IMG/VR virus record: IMGVR_UViG_3300038673_000372
Location: 1 to 30,609 of that record
Direction: 5' to 3' (one strand)
DNA length: 30,609 nt
Origin: a virus
Lineage: Duplodnaviria > Caudoviricetes
Below are positions 9,549 to 16,235 of the stretch, piece after piece. The notes under the pieces were generated by a model that did not search any database, was not told the DNA's origin, and worked only from the letters and a program-made list of their open reading frames with translations. A program made the translations under genes and the position numbers. The stretch's first letter is position 1, and every line of letters begins with the position of its first letter.

Positions 9549-9574
9549 CGCGATAAAATGTAGGTTTTATTGGC
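9549..9574. repeat. Palindromic gene-boundary site 3: CGCGATAAAA-TGTAGG-TTTTATTGGC
   Basis: Abuts the TGA stop (9575-9577) of the upstream gene. Confidence 0.85.
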
Positions 9575-10009
9575 TCATTCCTCTGCAATCTTATCGAGTT
9601 CCTCTTGAAGTTTAACCTCAAACTCCGCTTGTTCCTTTTTCTCGTTGGCTTTTCTGTCACACACCACGCAGATTTTCTTGCCCTCGACGCGAGGTTCTAA
9701 CTTGCATTTGGCACACACAGGAACATCTTGAACAATGAGGTCAGCATAGAAGAAGACCCATATCTGCTTAATGCCATCTTTTTTAAGGTTGATTAAGTCA
9801 GGTCGCCTGCTATCATCAGGATTAAAGAATGTAGTGAACAATGTGTCCTTGTTTTCTTCAACCCACGCTTTGTATTTAGAAACCATTTTAGGATATTGCG
9901 GATGATTTACGATGTGGTCGTAGTTGAGTTTAACGATTTTCCCGTCTGGAATATAACTGGGCTGATGCTGTCTTTCTCTAATTCTTGCTTTCATTCTTAT
10001 CCCTTTCAA
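9575..10009 (-). CDS. Hypothetical protein with C-terminal CxxC...CxxC
   Basis: 144-aa ORF; CAKC...CVVC; true start may be the second Met. Confidence 0.7.
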   Translation of the reverse strand: MKGIRMKARIRERQHQPSYIPDGKIVKLNYDHIVNHPQYPKMVSKYKAWVEENKDTLFTTFFNPDDSRRPDLINLKKDGIKQIWVFFYADLIVQDVPVCAKCKLEPRVEGKKICVVCDRKANEKKEQAEFEVKLQEELDKIAEE

Positions 10010-10313
10010 TTATCTCGTATTCTCTTTTTGCGGATGTGACCTCAATGTCATCGAAATAGTTTGATGTGCAATGCAAATAATCATAAGCAAGGTCTAGGTA
10101 TGGATCAATTTTGTTTCTCTGAGTAAATATCCTTTCTTTGAAGTCCTCATCATAAATTGGCTCTACAAGTATTTTTATTTGACACTTCAGTTCATCTATA
10201 TAACATCTGGCATCATAACAAAGCATCCTAAGTTCTTTGAAATCTTGTCCAGTGTATAAGATATAAAATATTGGCTTTAAGCGCCTCAACAAACCAATAT
10301 CGCTTTCTGTCAT
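9978..10313 (-). CDS. Hypothetical protein
   Basis: 111-aa ORF in a tightly packed minus-strand block. Confidence 0.65.
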   Translation of the reverse strand: MTESDIGLLRRLKPIFYILYTGQDFKELRMLCYDARCYIDELKCQIKILVEPIYDEDFKERIFTQRNKIDPYLDLAYDYLHCTSNYFDDIEVTSAKREYEIIERDKNESKN

Positions 10314-10318
10314 AGGGC

Positions 10319-10528
10319 TTATTTATCATTCCCGTCCTCTTCGAGTAAAGATTTTAATGTTTCCTCAATGTTTATCATAGACTTTTTAATCATAAGTTTT
10401 ATGATCTGGGTTTTGCGAATATAAATCGCTGCCCTTGAACTATAATAAAAAATGTTTCCAAATATCACAAGCGCAACAATAGATATTATACTTGTAAGAT
10501 ATGGATGCCCCATACACCACTCAAACAT
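10319..10528 (-). CDS. Small membrane protein
   Basis: 69 aa with one N-terminal hydrophobic helix. Confidence 0.65.
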   Translation of the reverse strand: MFEWCMGHPYLTSIISIVALVIFGNIFYYSSRAAIYIRKTQIIKLMIKKSMINIEETLKSLLEEDGNDK

Positions 10529-10542
10529 CTCTCTTACCTGTT

Positions 10543-10683
10543 CTAATTAGTTTGCTCAACGAGCTTGTATTTATTGCCGAGCATAACATACCGATACTGC
10601 TTTCCTGAAAGTTCGAATGTGTATTTCTCGTCATATCTGCAACGCCGGATTTGCTTTTTTCTGTTTTCTCTGCTGAAACTCAT
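10543..10683 (-). CDS. Small basic hypothetical protein (46 aa; not in ORF track)
   Basis: RBS AAGGAG then ATG: MSFSRENRKKQIRRCRYDEKYTFELSGKQYRYVMLGNKYKLVEQTN*. Confidence 0.6.
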   Translation of the reverse strand: MSFSRENRKKQIRRCRYDEKYTFELSGKQYRYVMLGNKYKLVEQTN

Positions 10684-10823
10684 AATCAATCTCCTTATCA
10701 GTGAACATTATTATATAGTCATCAAGGCGTCAAGGATTACTTGTCAAGATAAAGTAAAGTCCACTTTATATTATCTTTGACTTTTATCTGCCATTTAATC
10801 AGAATTTTTTGATTTTTTCTCAG

Positions 10824-11039
10824 TTAATTATCCGGCAAGTTAGGACAAACTACATAGTCCTTATCAAAATCCTCAAAAGAAACCACCGTGAAAAATCCAG
10901 TCGAATCAAATATGGCAACATCTCCTTTTTTCAAAAGTTCGGTTATTGCTCTAAACTTTTTTTCGCAAAGCCAACTTGGTTTCTCGTCATACCCTACCTT
11001 ATAATGCTGACAAACATCAGACCGTTTAACGCAAATCAT
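10824..11039 (-). CDS. Hypothetical protein (probable start MICVK; ORF track extends it to 11114)
   Basis: The ATG at 11114 is only 2 nt from the -10 box, whereas GAGGA precedes the ATG at 11039. Confidence 0.6.
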   Translation of the reverse strand: MICVKRSDVCQHYKVGYDEKPSWLCEKKFRAITELLKKGDVAIFDSTGFFTVVSFEDFDKDYVVCPNLPDN

Positions 11040-11042
11040 ATA

Positions 11043-11106
11043 ATTCCTCATTTCAGTAAATACTTGCAGTTCTTGCAAGTTATTCCTCATTTCAAGAAAC
11101 ACTTGC
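11043..11106. repeat. Two 25-bp direct repeats (39-bp period) flanking a small palindrome
   Basis: ATTCCTCATTTCAGTAAATACTTGC and ATTCCTCATTTCAAGAAACACTTGC (22/25 identical); ACTTGCA-GTTCT-TGCAAGT lies between them. Confidence 0.75.
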
Positions 11107-11116
11107 GACTTCATAC

Positions 11117-11145
11117 ATTATACCATATTTTCAACTATTTGTCAA
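11117..11145 (-). promoter_or_regulatory. Consensus sigma-A promoter with extended -10
   Basis: TTGACA-17 nt (ending TGG)-TATAAT. Confidence 0.85.
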
Positions 11146-11272
11146 TACCATTGTTTGTGTTCTCTGTTTCTTCTCTTTCTTTTTTGCACTTAGGACACTC
11201 GTGCCAGTTCTTTATCGCGGGCTTTTCAAAACAAACAACACACATTTTCTTATGGTCTCTCACATTCAACAT
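11135..11272 (-). CDS. Small Zn-finger-like protein (45 aa; not in ORF track)
   Basis: RBS AGAGGT; MLNVRDHKKMCVVCFEKPAIKNWHECPKCKKEREETENTNNGIDK*. Confidence 0.6.
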   Translation of the reverse strand: MLNVRDHKKMCVVCFEKPAIKNWHECPKCKKEREETENTNNGIDK

Positions 11273-11294
11273 AACAAAATAATACCTCTTTTAT

Positions 11295-11321
11295 GGCAAT
11301 AAAAACCAGCGTTTTATTGGC
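11295..11321. repeat. Palindromic gene-boundary site 4: GGCAATAAAA-ACCAGCG-TTTTATTGGC (7-bp spacer variant)
   Basis: Between the stop at 11330 and the RBS of the 45-aa ORF. Confidence 0.85.
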
Positions 11322-11329
11322 TCGTTATT

Positions 11330-11767
11330 TTAACCCTCGTATCTGCTGAGTTCGTCCGCATAATCAGATTCAGTATCAATGGAAAAACCCCTATCCTCAA
11401 CCTCTGGTTCTTCGCCATGTTTTTCTTCAAGCGTCATATCCTCTTGAGCACTCATATATACAAACTTATTAAAATATGTCTCAATAACCTCGATGACCTC
11501 ATCTGATGTAGAACAAACCCTTACTGCGTATCCTTGGTTTGTGAGCCTTTCTATCCACCTTGCCTGATCCTCGGTAGGAGTTTTAGACGGATTTAAGGAA
11601 AAACAGACGAATAGCCCTGCAAAGTGGTGCTTCTTTACTGGTAGAAAAAGGTCAGGAATGCCGGGGTCGTAAGACCTTATGTTGAACAGCGACCCTAATT
11701 CGTAGTATGTGTTCTCCCTGAACGAAACCCAATAAAAAACTTTTCTTAATATCTCTGCCTTAGTCAT
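11330..11767 (-). CDS. VRR-NUC-like protein with a degenerate active site
   Basis: 'GIPDLFLP...GLFVCFS...PTEDQARWIERL..QGYAVRVC' matches VRR-NUC, but the usual ExK is absent. Confidence 0.7.
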   Translation of the reverse strand: MTKAEILRKVFYWVSFRENTYYELGSLFNIRSYDPGIPDLFLPVKKHHFAGLFVCFSLNPSKTPTEDQARWIERLTNQGYAVRVCSTSDEVIEVIETYFNKFVYMSAQEDMTLEEKHGEEPEVEDRGFSIDTESDYADELSRYEG

Positions 11768-11824
11768 AAATCCCTTTCTTTCAGTTATAACTGAAAAACT
11801 CTGTTTTATGTTATCATTCTTAAG

Positions 11825-12055
11825 TTATAAATGACATCTTTCTATCAGTTTTGATATGATAAAATCATAATCATAATGCGGAATAATGCAATCGGAGCAG
11901 TCTTTTATTCCGTTAAACAATTTATGTGTTCCACCGCAATCCTCAAAAAAATAAAGAGGACAAAAACAAAACTGACAACTAAAATTCTTACAGTCTTTAA
12001 TTTTGTGGCAAGGAAAATATTCACATTCGCTATTTTGAAAAAATCTGTAATTCAT
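11825..12055 (-). CDS. Cysteine-rich small domain (zf-like) protein
   Basis: MNYRFFQNSECEYFPCH...CQFCFCPLY...DCSDCIIPH; ATG at 12055. Confidence 0.85.
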   Translation of the reverse strand: MNYRFFQNSECEYFPCHKIKDCKNFSCQFCFCPLYFFEDCGGTHKLFNGIKDCSDCIIPHYDYDFIISKLIERCHL

Positions 12056-12138
12056 TCTTGTTTCCGGCAAGGAGATCCAGACTTCTTAAGTCTTGGAGGA
12101 ATTGCCGTTCCTTCCTTCTAAAGCGGTAGGTGATTGAC
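12056..12138 (-). mobile_element. 83-bp internally deleted IS200/IS605 (IscB-type)-like remnant
   Basis: Minus strand reads GTCAATCACCTACCGCTTTAGAAG...GGCAATTCCTCCAAGACTTAAGAAGTCTGGATCTCCTTGCC...|ATGAA. Removing it gives a TAATG stop/start overlap. Confidence 0.55.
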
Positions 12139-15100
12139 TATGAACACTTACTCCAGCCACAGGCTTTGCAAGATACGCAACCGCCCTCTGCAACCATTTG
12201 CTCTTGACACTCAGGGCATAGTTGTCCGTTGTTCAGTTCTTTATCCTCGACATCTAAAAGTCCGAGTTCATCAAGAACTTCTTTGTGCATATCGAGCAAG
12301 GCGTTTCCGATAGCCATAGGACAGCACGAACCTTTTGAGGTATCTTTTGCTGTTACCTTTCTAACTGCGTAAGACGGACAAACGCCACAACTATCAAGTT
12401 GATTTATGATAGATTTAATATCACAGCCGGCTCTTGCTGAAAGCGAAATCATACGGGATAATCCGACCATAAAATTGTTGCATCCACCTGTGCTACCTTT
12501 GCTAAGGTATGTCTCTAATAAGTCCCCGTTGAACGGATCGAAAAACGCGATGCAGTGTAGACTCCCACACCCTGTCGTCAGTTTTCTCTTTTTGCCAACG
12601 ACATCATTGTTAATCTCATAGATGAACCCTCGGCCAAGTTCCTTTTGTGGACTCACGGGCTTTTCCTTTTTATCGTCTGTTGTCAAGATGCCAAGTCGTT
12701 TGCACCCGTCTCTGAATATTGTAATGCCCTTTAGTCCTTGTTCCCAAGCGTACATATAGAGTTCTTCAACTTGCTCAACCGTGAATTCGTTAGGAACATT
12801 TACGGTAGAACTGATAGAAGCATCAATGTACCTTTGCCAAGTTGCCTGCATATCAATTCTGTTGCGTAATGCAATATCCTTTGATGTTACAAAATAATCT
12901 GGCAATTCTGATTCGTCTGTCAGACCAAACCTTTGCATATATTCCTCTACGATTGGTGTGTAGACCTTATAGGCAACATCCTTGCCGTGTAAAGATTCTG
13001 TTTTGCGTGTGTATGAGTTAGCAAAGATAGGCTCTATCCCAGAGGAAATACCAAGCATTGTTGCGATTGTTCCGCAGGGAGGGATAGTCAACAGTTGAGA
13101 ATTGCGAAGTCCACACTCTTTAAGTTTGTCTTTATAAAAATTATACCCAAGGTTATCTTTGTAAAATTGTGATTTAATTATATTTTCGAATGAATATTGA
13201 GGAAATGATTCCGCATTCTTTGCTAATTCACAAGATTTGAGGAATGCGCTTTCTAACATACAAGATGCTATATCTCCACATATTTTAATAGCCTCAGAAC
13301 TTCCGTATTCCACGCCTAATTTGATAAGCATATCTGAAAGTCCCATAATTCCGCAACCGATTTGTCTCCAGTTCTTAACGCTTTCTCTTTGCTCCTCTAA
13401 CGGGTGCAGAGGCAATCCCTCGTCAAGAATATCATTAAGTCCCTTTACAGCAATCTCTACAGTTTTTTCAAAAGCCTCATAGTTAAATTCTGCGTTTTTT
13501 GAAAATGGATTTTCTACAAACTCTGAAAGGTTTATGCTTCCGAGAAGGCAAGAGCCACCGGCAGGGAGGGGTTCTTCGGCGCAGTTATGAGCCACAAACC
13601 CATTAACCACGCCCCAGTGGGTAGATGGCTCCGTAAAGTCATAAACTTTTTCCACCCCTATATCTTTTATAGATATAACATATGGTGCTCTCATCATAAG
13701 CGTACAATATAAATTATATGTTTTATACTTTTGGCAAAACCCTATTTCGTGAAAAAAGGCGAACAACCCATTAAACTTGTAAATATTTACATCATAACTT
13801 TCCCTGCAAACATATTCCCCGTTTGAAAAAATGTTATTTTTTGATTTGTTGGTGGTTATATAAGAAGAAATCCCAAAATCTTTTTCTAATGTTTCTGAAA
13901 GTTGACGAGCAAAATTTATGGAGGTTGTTTTGTATTGGACTCTTCTGCTATACTTGTTTTTTGAGTTTAAACAACACCCATTCGCAGAATAACACCCGCG
14001 AAGAAAACTTGCTTTTTCTATTAGCCCCCAACTATTATAAGTTGACGGAAACTCTCTATTTAACAACCCCTCTTGAGAAAAGCCAAGGTCTTTAAGTTTT
14101 TCATTATATCCAGATAAATATATTACGCGATTATTTTTTCCCATAGAATAAACATCATCACGAAAAAGGTCTAACACATCTGAGTCGTTTTTACCAATGT
14201 TAACCTCTATGCCTTTGTGATAATTAGACTTCAGTCTTGTCAGTTTCCCGTTCCCCTGTATAAACCCGTACTTAACAAAATCCTCTATGTGAGAGTGAGA
14301 TGTTTTTAAAAAGGGCATAATTTTTTTAGATTTAAGACCCGATGCGATTGATTTTTGCATATCTATTGTTAAGAAAATATGGTCTGGGGTACACTTTATT
14401 TTTTCCCCGTTTGAAAGGGATAACTCGATTACTTGCTTAACCCCAGTTTCCCATACTTTGCCTTTCGAATTTGACCCTAGGTATCCAGTGACAAAAAAAT
14501 CCTTGCCACATAATTCTTCAAATGTTCTGTATCCCCCTGATGTTAAAAGTTTCATATCACCAGTGAAACAAGGATTAGTTCCCGCAAACTCAAAGTTTTC
14601 TGTTTTGCTCAAGAGAGACCAGTTTTTAATCCTATCCCAAAACAAGCAACCGGGTTCAGCATAATCCCAGTTTGCCTCAGCAATTTTTCTGAATAGCGCC
14701 TTTGCTTTAATGGGAACGCTAATTGTTTCCCCAGAAGATTCTCTGGTGTGTTCTAAGTAAAAAATCTCATCATTTTTTACCGCGTTCATAAACTCGTCTG
14801 TGACTTTAATAGATAAATTTGCCTTGTTTATTTTACTAATGTCTGTTTTAATTTCTATGAATTCTTCGATGTCTGGGTGAGAACAATCAATGGTGATCAT
14901 CGCTGCCGCCCTGCGTCCGCCTTGTCCGATCAAAGATGCTGTTAAATCATACAATGCCATAAATGACACAGCGCCACTGCTTTTCTTTGCCGTGTTGTTA
15001 ACTTTTGCCCCTCTCGGAGCAAGTTTAGAAACATCAACACCACTACCACCACCATAACTATATGTACGAGCCATTTTTTTAGCACAATCATATATTGATT

Positions 15101-15359
15101 CAATACTATCCTCAGGAGGTGTAACTACATAACAATTAGAGAGTGTAAACTTTAATCCATATTTTTCTAATCCTCTGTGAGCAAGTATTCTCCCGGCAGG
15201 AAGGAACTTCTTTTCTGCAATAATCTTTCTTAGTTCCTCATCACCACCAGAAATCCTGTCGAGCCATTCATCAAATGTCTCATTGTTGTATCTATATTTT
15301 TTTTCCCAAATGTCAACGCCAAGTTGATTTTTTTCGCCAAGCCACTCTCTTACTTCCAT
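12138..15359 (-). CDS. nrdJ: Class II (adenosylcobalamin-dependent) ribonucleotide reductase containing an intein
   Basis: SNCYV, GGGSG, GRRAA, TNP/CAEEPL, CLLGSINL, TIPPCGT, KGITIFRDG; TSCPD-like domain and C-terminal Zn ribbon; no beta-subunit gene in the window. Confidence 0.9.
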   Translation of the reverse strand: MEVREWLGEKNQLGVDIWEKKYRYNNETFDEWLDRISGGDEELRKIIAEKKFLPAGRILAHRGLEKYGLKFTLSNCYVVTPPEDSIESIYDCAKKMARTYSYGGGSGVDVSKLAPRGAKVNNTAKKSSGAVSFMALYDLTASLIGQGGRRAAAMITIDCSHPDIEEFIEIKTDISKINKANLSIKVTDEFMNAVKNDEIFYLEHTRESSGETISVPIKAKALFRKIAEANWDYAEPGCLFWDRIKNWSLLSKTENFEFAGTNPCFTGDMKLLTSGGYRTFEELCGKDFFVTGYLGSNSKGKVWETGVKQVIELSLSNGEKIKCTPDHIFLTIDMQKSIASGLKSKKIMPFLKTSHSHIEDFVKYGFIQGNGKLTRLKSNYHKGIEVNIGKNDSDVLDLFRDDVYSMGKNNRVIYLSGYNEKLKDLGFSQEGLLNREFPSTYNSWGLIEKASFLRGCYSANGCCLNSKNKYSRRVQYKTTSINFARQLSETLEKDFGISSYITTNKSKNNIFSNGEYVCRESYDVNIYKFNGLFAFFHEIGFCQKYKTYNLYCTLMMRAPYVISIKDIGVEKVYDFTEPSTHWGVVNGFVAHNCAEEPLPAGGSCLLGSINLSEFVENPFSKNAEFNYEAFEKTVEIAVKGLNDILDEGLPLHPLEEQRESVKNWRQIGCGIMGLSDMLIKLGVEYGSSEAIKICGDIASCMLESAFLKSCELAKNAESFPQYSFENIIKSQFYKDNLGYNFYKDKLKECGLRNSQLLTIPPCGTIATMLGISSGIEPIFANSYTRKTESLHGKDVAYKVYTPIVEEYMQRFGLTDESELPDYFVTSKDIALRNRIDMQATWQRYIDASISSTVNVPNEFTVEQVEELYMYAWEQGLKGITIFRDGCKRLGILTTDDKKEKPVSPQKELGRGFIYEINNDVVGKKRKLTTGCGSLHCIAFFDPFNGDLLETYLSKGSTGGCNNFMVGLSRMISLSARAGCDIKSIINQLDSCGVCPSYAVRKVTAKDTSKGSCCPMAIGNALLDMHKEVLDELGLLDVEDKELNNGQLCPECQEQMVAEGGCVSCKACGWSKCS
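13584..14570 (-). mobile_element. 329-aa intein with a LAGLIDADG-type endonuclease region
   Basis: Starts CFTGD after TNP; ends VYDFT...GFVAHN followed by Cys; block B 'CTPDH'; FLRGCYSANG. Confidence 0.92.
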
Positions 15360-15372
15360 AAATATTCTCCAC

Positions 15373-15776
15373 TCATAATTTTGAAATTTTAGTTATTGCG
15401 CTATAAATATCATTAAAATCACAAACCCTAAGTATTCCGTTCTTTTCCTCGTTATAATCTCTGTTCCACGGCCTATCCATAAGCAATCTGTAATACTCTC
15501 CCTTTTCAAGGTTGTGTGTTCCGTCGTCGATAAGCACATTACACTTTACGAGTTGCTTGTTTTTCGTTATGATAAAACTATCAAAACTTAATTCTGGAAA
15601 CAGGGAAAGAACCCTATCTACTTTCATTTTAATGGTCTGATAATTAGAGTTCGTGCAAACCCAGATTTCATATCCCTCGGCAGATAGTTTTTTAATAGTT
15701 TCTTGAGCGCCCTCTCTCGGTTGAATGTCTTTCCAGAAATCTTCCTCATAAAGAACCTCATAAACCTGTTCTACGG
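15373..15776 (-). pseudogene. 5'(3')-deoxyribonucleotidase (NT5C-like HAD), C-terminal fragment
   Basis: Open frame VEQVYEVLYEEDFWKDIQPREGAQETIKKL...NKQLVKCNVLIDDGTHNL...PWNR extends upstream of the 84-aa ORF as far as the insertion. Confidence 0.88.
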
Positions 15777-16235
15777 CAGGAATTCATAGAAGATGCAGGT
15801 GGCCATGAGGATGGTTTTGCCAAGTCCCATCGTGAGGGCGTAGATGTAGTTCGGGTAGTCCTCGCGGTACTTCTTCATCTGCTTGAAGAGCGTGTCGGTC
15901 TGCTTCTCGGTCGGAGCGTCAAAGAGGCGAATCTGACCGTTTTTCTCCAACGCATAATATGATGCATCGGAGAAGCGGTCTCTCTTATGACGCCAGTCAT
16001 CGAACATCTCATAGACCTGCTTGTTGTTCATGAATTCCTTCACGAAGATATACATCTCCAAAGCCTCGAACTGCGGCTTGCGCAGAAAGGCATGGGGATT
16101 CTCCTCGCTGTCGTTGTAGGCGAGGAACTTCCTCGTAAGGTCGTTATAACGGGAACGAATCTTTCCACGGTTCGTGGTGTAGTAGTACCACAGTTGTTGA
16201 TTGAATGAAAAATTCGGATCAAATTCTACAGCCAT
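15771..16235 (-). pseudogene. res: Type III restriction (Res) subunit, N-terminal fragment
   Basis: FLRKPQFEALE...ALTMGLGKTILMA (helicase Walker A); ends at the junction after 154 aa, its stop coming from phage sequence. Confidence 0.8.

Noticed and set aside
11728-11750. CCAATAAAAAACTTTT resembling the palindrome
   Set aside because: Coding position and no right arm at 6-7 bp spacing.
12056-12138. Cobalamin riboswitch next to nrdJ
   Set aside because: Too short, lies downstream of nrdJ and lacks recognisable B12-box motifs; an IS-end remnant fits better.
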